Assembly: GCF_036321535.1 (NCBI RefSeq)
Contig: NC_087437.1
Coordinates: 101,434,001 to 101,498,000, forward strand
Direction of reading: 5' to 3'
DNA: 64,000 nucleotides
From: Camelus dromedarius
Lineage: Eukaryota
In this document: one piece after another, positions 25,286 through 38,780 of the stretch
How positions within the stretch are numbered: the first letter of the stretch is position 1
Layout of the letters: every line of letters starts with the position of its first letter
Made by a program: the position numbers and the translations under genes
The notes under the pieces: model-generated
What the model saw: the letters and a program-made list of their open reading frames with translations, nothing else
Database searches by the model: none
What the model was told of the DNA's origin: nothing

Positions 25286-26614
25286 TATCATCTAACTGAA
25301 GTTTTTTAATTGAGAAAGAAACAGGAAAAGAAACCTTGAATATTAAAAAGTAAGGAAGATTTGATAGGCTTACAGTAAAATATATATAGTAAATTTTAGA
25401 TCAAAAAACACTGTAATTCTTATGAAAAGTCAGTTTTGTGTGGTTCCTTTAAATTAGTAAATCAATCAACCGAATTCCTTATAAAGCTCTTTGGATTTTT
25501 TAAGTAATTCTTTGTTTTTAATTTTATGTTTCTATGGTGACAAGTGCCAATTTAATTTTTCAATCAGAGAACAATGCTATATTGTGTTTTTCACTAGAAA
25601 GTGAGTCATTTTAAAAATAGCTATTTACAAAAAAATAATTGAAATTATAAATTCTAAACTCAAATATGTCAACCCTGAATTAACTTGACACTTTCTAAAG
25701 GCTTTGAAATATACTTGAAACATGAAATTATATTGATTTCAAAGCCTATCTAAATCAAATTATTTAGAAACTTAATATTTTGCCTATTTGTAAGAAAAGC
25801 ATATTTTCTAAACATTACTACTTTACCTAATTTTATTTAACCTACAAGAAACTGTTTGATTAAATTTAATTAAAATTAGTGATACTCAGAAATAAACAGA
25901 AAAAACAGTTAATACAAACTAGAAATAAAAAGAGTCTTATTAAATAATGTAATAGTAAAGATCATTAAAACTTTTAATGATTTATGCCATATTATAAGTA
26001 TATTGCTAATATTTCAGATAAATATGCATTCTATTGTATTAAATTAATCATATGATGGCTGTAGTATAAATAAACAAAAGGGGAAGAATCTTTAATGTAG
26101 CTGAAGTGTTTTACTAAAATAGTTTGTTCTAGAAGAAGAAATAGATTTGACAGATATTTAAAGGTGTAATTAAAATATGAACTGTTCACAATAAGTAAAA
26201 TGCCTAGTAGAAGAGTGAAAAGAATACAGAATAGTGTTGGGAATAGTTATATAATAATGACAATGGTAATTAGGAATCTTTAATTGAAAAGTCTAACCAT
26301 GAAATATAACTTCATTTAAAAGGTGTGTTTTAAATTTTGCTGATTACTTATCATTCAAGTTTTCCTATTTGTTTTGTAGGTGTAAAATATACTTATAACA
26401 TTTGTATATAACCCTTTTAACCAAAACAATTGAATAACAAAATTCCTTGGGCAAGGAGGAGATGAGGGCAGAAATCTCAGTAATGCTGACGTAGGGGGAG
26501 AAACCACAGTGCAGTAATTCTGTGTGCTTTTATACTCTGTTCTAAGAAGAGCAAAAGAACCTAAAGTTGAAAAATAATGTTCGCTGAGAATTCCCTTAAA
26601 AATAAGGAGGAACT

Positions 26615-26810
26615 GAGTTAAGCACTTACTGAGTGTCAGCTTTACTTAACAGACACTTAACTTATTCTTTTCTCACTTAATACCAGCAGCCACCAGTTAA
26701 TAATCACAAAGGTATGATTTCCATTCAGGACATGATAAAATTGAGGTTGAGTGAAATAACTCAATGTCACCAGGTTAACTTTTTCAGAATTGAGATTCAA
26801 CAGGCTCGAT
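26615..26810 (-). mobile_element. MIR SINE remnant
   Basis: 'agcacttactgagtgtcag', 'ttccattcaggacatgataaaattgagg', 'gaattgagattcaacagg'. Confidence 0.5.
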
Positions 26811-28689
26811 CAATTCAATAGCCCAGCTTTCTCTATTAGACCAAGATTTTTTTCTTTTTTTCTTTTTACTTCTTTCAATTTGTTAATAAACACGTTATTT
26901 TTAAAACCCAGCTACAGTGAAGAGAGTATACTAACTATAAAGAGGAGGTGGAATTGTACGATGCAGTATATCATTGCTCTACTACCTGGGGCAAAACAGG
27001 AGCCACATATTAGGTAACTATATTAATTTCATTGTTCTCTCCTGATCAAACATGAGCTGGAGCTCGCACCTTAAATAACTCAGAACAGAAGAGATCCCAG
27101 GACATTGTGGTTTGGTTGTAGATAGATAAATTCTGCTGTCACACATTTGATGAGGGACTAAAGCCTCGTGTCTCTTCAGCATGCTATCAGGGTGAGACAA
27201 ATTTGCTGGCTGACTGGCATTCCCACCCTTTCTGAGTTCTCAAGATACTTAGACCTTAAATACCTACCCTTCCCTTGCTTTACCTTTTCCATTTTTAGCC
27301 ATCTGTTTATCTGATTTCACACTGGTCTAAAAACTCTTTGAAAATAGGTAAGAATTGAGGTGTTTTTTGGTGTGTATCTCTCACAAAATCTAGCATGGTT
27401 TTCAACCAATCAGAAAACTTACACATTGTTCATAGCTAAATTAACTGAAAGTACATTTTTTTGCTTTTAATCATCAATACAGCAATATAGAACACTATTT
27501 ATTTTGTGAAGATACTATATTAGAAAATAACAATGCATACTAATGCAAGGCCTGCTATTCAAGGCCTTGATATATAATCTTGATAATGCTAATAAAAATG
27601 TTGCACTATTATGAAGACAGCTAGCTTCTTAGTTTAGAAAAAACAACCCTTTGTCATTGAGCTTACTAAATTTAATTTGAACTGTTTTCCACATGAGCTC
27701 ATAATTAGTACAAGATTTTCACATTCAAGGATACAACAGACGAATCAGTAAAAATAAAACTAGAAACCTTTATTCAAAATATTTTCATCAAATTATTACT
27801 GTTGGAAGCGATTTGACTTTCAGAAAAATTATTTCCTTAATTTTGTTCTAATGCATTTATTATGTTTAGATATAGGGAATGAAATTAAAAGCCTCATAAA
27901 TTTTAATTTCTCATTTAAATTTTGCCCAAATTTCAAATAACAGTAACACATTTCTTTCCTGCCTTCATGTGATTTAAATTTAAATAAAAGAAATAAAACA
28001 TACACTGGCTTTTAAAATTAGAAGAAGCAATTTAGTTCAGTTTCTTTCACACAATGGCAAAGTACTCTTAAATATTTTTTGTTTGTTTCATTCATCAGTT
28101 TAACACAGCTCATACAGATGGTTTATGAAAGTCAGAAAGTGTAACAAGGATGCAAAGTTTATATATAAAGTATTTGATTATTGATATAAGATTTGATTGT
28201 CATGCCTTAGGTAACTAAGTAGACTTTTAGTCATATGTTGTATTAAATTGTATGTAATATCAATGTTGTACAAAGAGTGCTTATATTTTCAATTTGTTTT
28301 AGTTTTGAGCTATTTGAAAGATCAAGTATTTGATTTAGAAGAAAAGAAGGGGAACGATATTCGTGTTTAGTATAAAGCTTTATTCTTATTTATTTTTTCC
28401 TAATTTCTTTACAAACAGATATTGATCCTTTACCTCTTCATAGGGACATGTTTTACCTAAGTATGAAGACCAGACAATTGGAAACAACTAGTATCCTTTG
28501 AAATTTTGACATTTTATAATAGTTTCTCATTAATTTTAGACTCAGGTAGGTAGGAAGTTCTCTGAACCAATTTCTCACAATGGTTTTACATTTTGCTCTA
28601 TTGTAGAACTTCCAGGATGGCAGAGAAGGGACATACAAAAGCCCACTCCTCCATAAAAGCAATGAGAACAATGTTGAAACTCTTCTTTA

Positions 28690-28860
28690 AATTTTACAAG
28701 CCTATTTTATCTCAATCTGTGTATCAGTTGTAAGTTTTTTTGTGTGTAACATTAGTATTTGCTCCAGAGTTCATAATATACATCTTTTACTTCATACTCT
28801 AACTTGAGATAATATTATATTACATCAGATATAAAAATATACAGTACTTTTATTTCTTTA
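28690..28860 (-). mobile_element. Old L1M inter-ORF fragment
   Basis: 'ttgctccagagttcataatatacatcttttacttcatactctaacttgagataatattata' resembles the reverse-strand L1MC/MD ORF1-ORF2 spacer. Confidence 0.55.
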
Positions 28861-28904
28861 AATAAACAATAGCAAAACTTAAAAAATCATCCTTTTTTAC
28901 AAAG

Positions 28905-30235
28905 GAATCAAGATCCTTGGTTTCAGACTATACTACAAAGCCACAGTAACAGAAACAGTATGCTACTGGTATAAAAACAGACACATAGATCAATGGAACA
29001 GGATAGAAAGCCCAGAAATAAACCCACACACTTTTGGTCAATTAATCTACTACAAAGGAAGGAAGAATATACAATGGAGAAAAGACAGTCTCTTCAATAA
29101 GTGGTGCTAGGAAAACTGGACAGCTATGTGTAAAATGATGAAATTAGAACATTCTCTAATGCCATATACAAAAGTAAACTCAAAATAAATTAAACACCTA
29201 AATGTAAGACCAGATAGTTTAAAACTCCTAGAGGAAAACATAGGTAGAACACTCTTTGCCATAAATCACGGCAATATTTTTTTGGATCTGTCTCCTAGAG
29301 TAATGGAAATGAAAGCAAAAATAAACAAATGGAACCTAATTAAACTTAAAAGCTTTTGCACAGTTAAGGAAACCATAAACAAAATGAGAAAACAACCTAT
29401 AGAATAGGAGAAAATACTTGCAAATGATGTGACCAACAAGGGATTAATTTCCAAAATATATAAACAGCTCATACTGCTTAATATAAAAAAAAAAAAGAAA
29501 GAAAAGAAACAAACAAAACAAACAACTCAATCAGGAAATGGACAGAAGACTTGAATGACATTTCTCCAATGAAGACATCCAGATGGCCAACAGGCACACG
29601 AAAATATGCTCAGTTGCTCAATTTTGCTAATTATTAGAGAAATACAAATCAAAACTACAATGAGGTATCACCTCACACCAGTAAGAATGGCCATCATTAA
29701 AAAGTCTGTAAATAATAAATGCTGTAGAGGGTGTGGAGAAAGAGGAACCCTCCTACACTGTTGGTGAGAATGTAAATTGGTGCAGCCACTATGGAGAACA
29801 CTGTGGGGGTTTCTTAAAAAACTAAAAATAGAGTTGTTCTATGTCCAACAATCCTACTCCTGGGCATATATCTGGAGAAAACTCTAACTCAAAAAGATAC
29901 ATGCACCCCAATGTTCATAGCAGCACTATTTATTACAGCCAAGACATGGAAGCAACCTAACTGTCCATTGAAAGATAAATGGATAAAGAAGATGTGGTGT
30001 ATATGTGTGTATATACAATGGGATACTACTCAGGCACAAAAAATAATGAAATAGTGTGCCATTTGCAGCAAATGGGTGAACCTAGAGATTATCATATTAA
30101 GTAAGTCATACAGAGAAAAAATATCTTATGATATATCAAATTTAAAGAAATATGGTACATATGATATATGATATATGTGGAATCTAAAAAAAATGATACA
30201 AATGCACTTACTTACAAATCAGAATTAGACTCATG
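28905..30235 (+). mobile_element. L1 ORF2 C-terminal region plus partial 3' UTR; no poly-A tail
   Basis: 'ttcagactatactacaaagcc' (FRLYYKA), 'gatcaatggaacaggatagaaagcccagaaata' ([11 protein letters not shown]); stops and frameshifts present; ends at 'gactcatgg'. Confidence 0.95.
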
Positions 30236-30457
30236 GCTTTAGCAGGTTCTCCTGGTAGGCATTTATTAGCTCTAACTCTCTGTGTTTGTCTCTCCAGATT
30301 TCAAGGTAGCAGTTTGCCTTGCAACATCAGTTCTCTGACAGATCCTTGAACTAAATCAACATCATTGATTTTTAGTTTGTATAACCATTCTTATTATCAT
30401 GTTGGGAGTGATGACTTCTAAACTCTTTAGCTATTGGAGCTGAAATTGGAAATCCGT
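30236..30457 (-). mobile_element. Old L1M 5' UTR terminus
   Basis: 'gcagtttgccttgcaacatcagttctctga', 'gggagtgatgacttctaaactcttta', 'ggagctgaaattggaaatc' resemble the reverse-strand L1MC/MD 5' end. Confidence 0.6.
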
Positions 30458-32799
30458 TTATGGCCATTGATAAAGCGTTAACTTTACTCTTGCTTGCTTG
30501 TGCCTTTGTGTACTTAATTTTTTGCCTTTTATGTGACACTTATCTTTTCTGCTATTAACTTTTTGAGTATTTGACAAAAGCTCTCATAATTTAATTTCTA
30601 TCTATATCCACTTGTTGACATTTGAAACATACCTCCATTAAATTCTCATGCTAACCCCCTCCATCCTGACAAATGAGAACCTGCTCAATTTACATCTGTC
30701 AGGAGGCTTCCACTTGCACATCCAACCATCTGTACTTCTACTTCTCCTCACTCATTGCACAGGTGTCCTTCTGCCATTTTCTTTACACTGTGGTTATCAG
30801 TCCCAGGTACTAGTGCTTAACAGGGTCTCAGCTCATGCCACGGTGCCTGGCACATAATAATATGGTTGATGTTCAAGAGTAATAACTTTTTTCAATCCAT
30901 CAGAAGCTATTTACCAAATTTTATTCAAATAATATAACTTTGTTAAAATAGGAGTATTTTTCAAAAAAAATTTTTGAAAATCCAGATGATGCAGAAAAGT
31001 ATATTTCACCTGAAATATACATACCATTAAAAGTCTACTCGTTTTTTGATGCCAAAATAGTAAGTGTTCACATTGTGACTTTGAACTATAAAACTGAATA
31101 AAGTTCAAAAACATCTTACTCAATTCTCTCATTTTTAATTCATTCATTTTAGAGATAGAAAAGTGAGCCCCAAAGAAGGAAGATAAGTAGTGCAGACTGT
31201 GCCATCTACCACCTTACAGATCGGTGCGCGTTCATTATATCACCCTGCTTTCTGACACCTCTGAATAATTTGCTAGTTGGAGACAGGTAAGTGGATGCTA
31301 CGGATTGCTACAATTTTCAGGCAAGGCAGACTCAACCAATAATGTTACCAACAATATCCCCCACAGACATATTTATTACAACTATTCCCTGTTTTGCTCT
31401 GCATCAGCAGGTCCACCTGGCAGTAAAGGATTGACCAGGTGTTCTAGGGGAAAGTTGGCACACAAATGCCTTGAATATTGTGATACTAGCAGGAGGGAGA
31501 GATTTAGAAAATGAAAGGTAATTAAATTATTCTTGGTATATATGAGCTTACAAGACATTTTTAGGTGGTAACAATTATGGAACATCTTTTGCTTTATTTG
31601 TAGATGGATTTTGGCTTGGTTTAAAAAATTAGAATGAAGTATAAATATTCAGGAGAAATATAGTGTGACACCCATTAGGATAGTGAATAAATAAAAGTGT
31701 AGGTAAACATCTTTGTAAACCTTCAGTATAATGAGAAAAGAAAATAATATATGGTATAGCTCATCAAACTATTATTCTAAAGGAAAAAAGAAAACCTCTC
31801 TCTTGACTAGTCTTTCTTGGTTAGTCCCTAGCTCAAGTTTTTCAATCAGATGGTCAGAACATGGTTTATAAATAACCTTTGCCTTACTAAATTGAATTTT
31901 GTGGCTTGAATTAGTTAATCTTTTCCCCCAAGTGAACAATTTCCTGTGTATTTTAACTTATCAAAGATAATGAAGGTATTAAGAGAGCAGATCTCACTCT
32001 AATATGCAGAACTCTGATTGAATAACAAATGTCACGCATGTCCACTGAGGCCTCAAACATCCCCTAAGAAACCTTCCCCAGGCAAAGAGATGTTTGTGTG
32101 GTGCATTGATACACATTAATGAGAAGCCTCCAGTGCTAATAGCAACACTATGCAACACTTGACTTTCATTGTGTTAAAATTAATACCATGGCAAAGTGCT
32201 TTTATCAATCTTGAACATGCATATGCTACATTATAAAATACACAACCATACACTGCTATGGGCTTTTAGCTCAGAAAAAAAATAATTCATTTTCTATGAT
32301 TTGGTTAATTTTTATTTAACCTTTTATGTTTAACCTTTCTAATATAATCTTTCATATTTCATTTAACCTATTTCACCTTAAGGCATTATTTAGTGATTTT
32401 AGAAACACAGAAAACCTGAAACAAAATCAAAAGGAAAGATTCTGCTATTTAGAAATAACATTGAAAGGAGCTCTTTTGTCACATGAATATATATACGTGT
32501 TCCTTCACTTTTTTATAAATATAGATTTTATCATAATATTGTTTTTAACTTTTTTCCAACAAATTGCTTGCCATAAGTTTTTGTTCCCATTTGTTGTTTT
32601 TAATAAATATTCTATATAGTCATTATTAAATATATATATAAATAGAATTTTTAAAAGGCACCAAAATTACACATACATATAAATGAATTTAATGAGTGCC
32701 TGGAATGAAAGATGTCAAGGGCTTAGCAAACCTGTATTTCTTCAACATTTCTATTGACCTGTACATTTTGGTGTCTTTACTATTTTTATTTTGTCAGTA

Positions 32800-33800
32800 A
32801 TCAACACTGTGATAACTAGTCACATTCTTTCCAAGGTTTATTCTTGGTGTTATAATTAAGTGAATTTAATGGTCATTACCAACAAATCACTCAAATCATC
32901 CTTGAGTTCTTCATGTTATCTTTTAGACCATTTAATTGCCAAGGGTATTTATCAGGAAGTACTCATTTCATAGTTCCTGAATCTTTTATATTACAGAATG
33001 TCAGATTTAATTCTTTTATGACTACTGAGATGGGTCTCATATTCTTGAATCACACTTACTTTCCTTCAGGACTCGGCATTCATTGCTTTACTTATTTTCT
33101 GGTGAAGAGCACTTCTGTGGGGAAATCTAAGGCTAGCTTTATTTTACCCTTATAAATGATTTTTTCTTACTACTTGGGATTAGAAATTACCTTTGAAATT
33201 CAGTGGTGTTGGGGTATACAGCATGAATCTCATTATTGGTTTTTCTGAGTCACCTTTTCTTGGTGTATAACATATCCCGAAAGGTTTTTTGTTTCTTTGT
33301 ATTATTCTATGTATTTATTCCATTAAATTATTTTATATATAATTTAAGACATTTTTCCCTATTGTATGTTTGAACATTATTTGTATGAATTACTTCAGGG
33401 AAACCAGTAATCTTATGTTGGCATCATCTTTGTGTTTCATATAAATAATTTTATTGGTATTGATTTAATACCTTTAACTCTTCTATGTTCACTAGGATTT
33501 CTGATAACTTTTGTCTATAATAGCAATTTAGTTTTCAACTCTAGTCATTCTATTTTTTTAAGTTTCTAATTTATTTAATTGACCTACCATTGTTTTGCAT
33601 TTCACTATATTTTACTTACTTCTGTCATCTACCTCTACACAATATCCTATCTTTTAGCCATCTGTTTTGTGCCTTCATTTTTTGAAGTAATTTTATTATT
33701 AATTTCTTTAATAATTCAATGCTTCTAAGATTTTTATTATGTTTCTTGCCATTTCTTACTGTTACTACTATTTCATGTGATACATTTACTTATATTTTGT
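32800..33800 (-). mobile_element. Very old L1/HAL1-like ORF1-region remnant
   Basis: T-rich strand; 'atattcttgaatcacacttactttccttcag', 'gtggggaaatctaaggctagc', 'cttcagggaaaccagtaatcttatgttgg'. Confidence 0.45.
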
Positions 33801-33824
33801 GACACTTTTTTTTCCCCATAATTA

Positions 33825-33943
33825 TGGCTAGCCTACCACAACAAAATAACAAAGGCTGAGTGGCTTACACAACAGAAATGTATTTACTCACAGTTCTGGA
33901 GGCTCGGAGTCCAAGATCAAGGTGTTGTGGTATTGGTTTCTCC
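33825..33943 (-). mobile_element. MaLR LTR fragment (MLT1A/B-like), cut by the class I ERV
   Basis: 'ggctgagtggcttacacaacagaaatgtatttactcacagttctggaggctcggagtccaagatcaaggtgt'. Confidence 0.85.
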
Positions 33944-34284
33944 TATAAAAAATTAATAAACAGAAAATTTAATTAAATAAAGTCAGGAGACCAGAAGGGG
34001 TAGCTCTCATGCCCTGTAATGACTACAGAGCCCAACACGAAGAAAAAAGACCCCTTTTCTTTCCTGACAAGAACTAAGCCAGTGAGAAGTGATGGAATCT
34101 TTGTTTGCTATAGCCTTCCCAACTTTTATTTTCTCTCTATAAAACCATTTTCTTTCCTTTGTCATGTGGGGACCTGCATATGGCTCACAAAGTTTGCAGA
34201 CCCTGAATTGCAAAAATCTACTGATCCTGAGTAAACCCATCTTTGCTGGAGGAAATCTGGCAATCTATTTATTTCAATTCAACA
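33944..34284 (+). mobile_element. 5' LTR of a class I (gamma-like) ERV
   Basis: ~340 bp; TATA-like 'ctataaaa' at ~34137, poly-A-like 'agtaaa' at ~34229, ends in CA ('ttcaaca') immediately before a PBS-like motif. Confidence 0.75.
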
Positions 34285-34287
34285 TCT

Positions 34288-34305
34288 TAGTGACCAATAC
34301 AGGGG
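34288..34305 (+). other. Degenerate primer-binding site, tRNA-Ile-like
   Basis: 'tagtgaccaatacagggg' versus recalled Ile PBS tggtggcccgtacgggga: 12/18 matches, mostly G>A changes; 3 nt after the LTR end. Confidence 0.5.
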
Positions 34306-34803
34306 CCAGAGAAGATGCCCTAAGGTTCCAGGGCTGGTGAGCCAACAGGTGTGGTACCTGAAATTAAGCCCATTGACACTCACTGGTTTCTCGCCAACCC
34401 TGAGTTTAAAAGTGTTCCTTTCTCCTGGATTCACCCTCATTCCTTCTTTACATTTGAAGCTTCTCCAGTTTTTATTTGGGATTTATTTTAAGGTTTTGTC
34501 TTGTTGATTAAGGCCTTGTTCTGTATAAAAGTACTCTTTGGCAATTTGGTTTGATTTTGAGATCAGATTGTTTCACATAAAGCTGGCTGAAAATGCCTTC
34601 AGTCTTCAGCTCATTCCTTTGGAAGAACCTACTCTCTGGAATCTGTCTGAAAAGGCTTTTGACCCAGCTTTCCTGGAACTAAGCTGTTTCCTTAGAATTG
34701 GCTGGTATTCAGGCTTGCAAGCTGCTTTAATTGAACGGTTAGTGCATTAAGCTGTTTGAGCTGTTTGAAAATTGTTCTTTTCTCTAGAGAAAAATCTCTG
34801 AAA

Positions 34804-36190
34804 ATGGAATCCCAGTTACCTAAGTATTTTAAGGAGACCCACCTTACAGGGACTCTGTATGATTTTATGTTTAAAATCCACATTCCTTCCTCCTATGCTT
34901 TTGTAAAACTAAATGAACTGACCTGACTGAAGGCAATTCAGAATACCAATGACCATTATTGAGAGTTTGTTAAGTCCCCAAACTAAATTTCCTAAAAGCC
35001 AAGTTGGACTATAGTAGCTCAGAAATTTCCAGAACTGAGGGAAATGCTTATTTATTTCAGTTGGCATTTTAAGGCTTCCCAGAATTGTGAGGAGTCTAAA
35101 GTTGCCTCTCCACTAAATAAGATTTTAAGATTAACTGAGGCACACACATGTTTAAGAAAGATGAAGAGGATCTTGAAGCCTCAGGCTCTTCTTCCTTGGC
35201 TTCTTTGTCTTAGACGCCACCTGCAGAGCCACCTTCCTCCTTCGCTTCTGCTGCCTATGCCTCCTCTACACCCTCAATTCCCCCTAATGATCATCTCACT
35301 AACCTTCCTTTTTTTCTCTGAAATTCTCTCCATTCCTTTCTCCTCTGAACTTGTCAGAACCTGTTCTTTTAAAATGAAGCCTTCTGAGGATCCAGAAGTT
35401 AGACTCCTTATACCCACTGCACTAAAGCTGAACTGTGAGCCATAGTTAGCTGTTCCCAAAGTAACCAAAGGTCCTCACAGATTTGTTGAGGAATGTAATA
35501 TAGTCATTCAAACCTATCAGCCTGGTTTCTCTGACTTTTATCAGCTAGTTCACATGCTTGTCCCATGAGGGCCAGGCCCAGAATTGGATGAAAAATTCTA
35601 AGTGTTAAAACCCTGAAAGGTCTCTAGGATTACAACTAGAAGGCTAGCTCGCTAACTTATTCTAAGATTGAGCTTGGGCGATCCCTAGGCAACACCATCC
35701 AGCAACTCCTGGGGCTTTTCCAAAGCCTGTTGATTGGAACAAAATTCAGGCTTGCACACAAAAATCTGATGAACTTGTTCATGATTATTAAAATCTACTT
35801 TAACTTATTTTTAAAAGAAAATTCTGGTCTTTCTTCAGATGTCGATTCCACCTGAGAGCTTTTAACTCTGTTTATTAACAGACTGTACTGGAATGGGAAA
35901 TTTCCCCTCTATTAAAAAAATAAAAAATAATATGTATTTTTTTAAGAAGGATGAAACGCAAAACTATGACTACTCTAGAGTTAGTTAACCTGGCAAATAA
36001 GCTCTCTTGCCTTATAGATGAGTAACCCCAAAGGAAGACTGCCAACACTATTAATCTTTAACTCCAGAAAATGAAGGCTCCTAAACAAAACCAAAACCCA
36101 TCCAGTTTCTACTATGATTGCAAAGATCCAGGACACTGGAAATGTGATAATCACAAATTTAAGCGCTTTAAGGGCGTTTAGCCCTCTATC
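34804..36190 (+). pseudogene. gag: Decayed ERV gag
   Basis: ATG at 34804; capsid-like PKVTKGPHRFVEECNIVIQTYQPGFSDFYQLVHMLV (35455); AFPKPVDWNKIQACTQKSDE; zinc-knuckle remnant CKDPGHWKC (36119); many stops and frameshifts. Confidence 0.8.
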
Positions 36191-36239
36191 CAGCCTTTCG
36201 AACATCTCACTTCTCAAAGACAGGACTCCCGGGAACTAC

Positions 36240-38780
36240 AGGGGCTCTTCCCAATCCTCCCTGTTAATCAGCGTGGAGAAACATTTCTCCAGACTGGGGA
36301 TGAATCTCTTCCTGTGCTAACTGACATCAGTAGGGAGCCACTCTCTCAGTGCACGCTCTATTATAAAATAGCCCCTTCTCAGAGTACTAAAACAGTTCAA
36401 ATAGTAAGGGATTTCTAATGAACCTCAAGAGCTCCTATCTCTGAACCTATTCCCATTCGTTTAGACTCTTTGAGGGATATATACCCTTCCCCCTCAGTTC
36501 TTCCTCCCTTATCCATTTATAAGACTGAGATATCTTACAGAAGTACTATGCTGAAATTTCTTTCTCCCAAAAGTGGGAAATAATTCTAGAAATTGACAGC
36601 AGCCATCAAAGTAACCCACCAGGTGAATTAAATAACCTTTAGACACCTTCTATTTGTTCCATCTCTGGCATTACTAAAGCTGACTCTGGAAACACCAATC
36701 ATTTGTCCCTATTAAATCCGCTACCATCTTGCTTATGGGCAAAATCTCCAACTGACGTTGATCACCTCAAGATTCAAATAGACCTCTCAAAACCTCTTCC
36801 AGTAATTAATCAATATCCTATAAGTAAAGAAGTCCTTCAAGGCATAAAGCCCACAATAGAAGATCAGAAGGCTCAAGACCTCATTATCCTTTATACTAGC
36901 CCCTGTAACACTCTCATTTTATCAGTTAGTAAACTTAAGCACTGAGGTTGGAGGTTTGTCCAGCACCTCTGAGCAGTAAACAACATTGCTATCTCTTGAC
37001 ACTCTGTTGTTCATAACCTTTGTGTGTCATTAACATCCATTCCCCTGGAAGTGAATTCTTTACTGTAATTGATTCATTCAGTGCATTCTTTAGTATTCCA
37101 GTTGATAAAGCTAGCCAATACCTTTTTCCCTTCACTTGCTAAAGAAAAACAATTCACTTAAACAGTAATGCCTCAGGGTCTTACTAAAAGTCCTTCTTAT
37201 TTCTTGCAAGTCCTGAAGGTTGTTCTGGATGATATAATGTTTTCTACGGTAAAGTTCTACTTTGTTGCAATATGTGGATGATTTGCTTCTTTATTCTCCT
37301 CCTCAAGCCTCCTTACAGGAAGACAGAATCTACTTTCTAAATCTTTTAGCCCTAAAGGGACATAAGGTTGCCAAAGAAAAATTGCAGCTTGCCCAAGCCT
37401 GATTTGGTATTTAGGGCATCTGATATCAAAATAAGCACTACATCTATATCCAGATAGACTTCATGGTGTCTTAAGTTTCTCAAAACCAAAACTAAGTACC
37501 AACCCCAAGGCTTTCGTGGAGTGGTTGGTTATTGCTGAAATTGGATTCTAAATTTTTCTAAGAGAGAAAGATGGTTAAGCCTTTATATCTTATTCAACAA
37601 TAGCAACCCAAACCCAATCTTATGGGAAGAAACAAATTATAATCTTCAAGGCTTAAAAAGGAGTCTGATGAACCCACTTACCTATGAGCATCACAATAAA
37701 CAGATTCCCTTTTTCTTTTTTGTACATGAAAAGTAAGGGAATGCCCTTTAAATACTCGCCCAATAACACAAGGACCACCATTGACCCACAGGGTATTGTA
37801 GCCAGTAACTGAACCCTGTGGTGAGGGATAACTGTCTTGCCTTAGAGCCATCACAGGCACTGCCATTTTGGTTAAGGTCACCAAGAAAATCTTTGTGGAA
37901 GTCCCTTTAACATTTTTGTACCTCATGAAGTAGATTTCCTGAATTCTCATCCCACTCAACATTTTTCAGTCAGATGCCTCACCTCTTATAACATCCTTTT
38001 TAAAATGTTCCTCACATGACTCTTTTACATTCCCTCATAATTCCTTAATGCTGACAGGCTACCTCCTGATTCCTTGCGGGGATCTACAGGAAATTCCTTT
38101 GAGTAATACTTAGTTCTCATGGTTTGTTGATGGTTCCTATTTAAAATGGATGACAATGGCAAATCTTGTGCTGGGTGTGCTATTAAAATTCCTTTTGATG
38201 CTGTTGAGTAAGCATCTTTACCTATGGCTCCTTTGGCCCAACAAGCTGAATTACATGCTCTTATATGTGTTTGTACTTTGGCCAAGGGCAACACTGCCAA
38301 TATTTATTCTGATAGTAGATGTGCTTTCAGAGTTTCCCATGATTTTGGAATGCTGGTGAAGCAACATGGCTACCTTATTTCCAGCAGAAATAATATTTAA
38401 AAATGACTTTAATGATCAGGAATTAGTGGACGCAATGCACAGCTTTAGCTATTATTATTAAGAGTCTTCAGCATTCTAAATTAGACTCTCTGGAAGCAAA
38501 GGGACATTACCCTGCTGATATTTCTGCAAGGAATGCTGCCCTTAAAGGGACCCACAGCAGCCAAACCTCTTTCATGGTCCAAAGGGATATTTCTCCAAAT
38601 GATAATTTAGGAAAAAATGGCTAGAAAAGCCCAACAACTGGCCTCAGAAAATGAAAAACAAGATTGGAAGTTCAGTAACTGTCAGTTTGATAAAAAGAGT
38701 AAACTCTGCTTTGAACCAAGTGACAACCCAGTCCTACTAGAGACTCTAAAAATTCCCACTGCTTACTACTGTACATGAAT
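36240..38780 (+). pseudogene. pol: Decayed ERV pro-pol (protease, RT, RNase H, first residues of integrase)
   Basis: QYPISKE...SPCNTLIL, W-RFVQHL, SAFFSIPVD..SQYLF, VMPQG..SP, LLQYVDDLLL (37262; YVDD at 37271-37282), RNase H WFVDGSY (38120), AQQAELHAL, NIYSDSR; disrupted throughout. Confidence 0.92.

Noticed and set aside
35044..35445. 133-aa proline-rich ORF as an intact or domesticated gag
   Set aside because: It is a frameshifted piece of the decayed gag, with stops on both sides.
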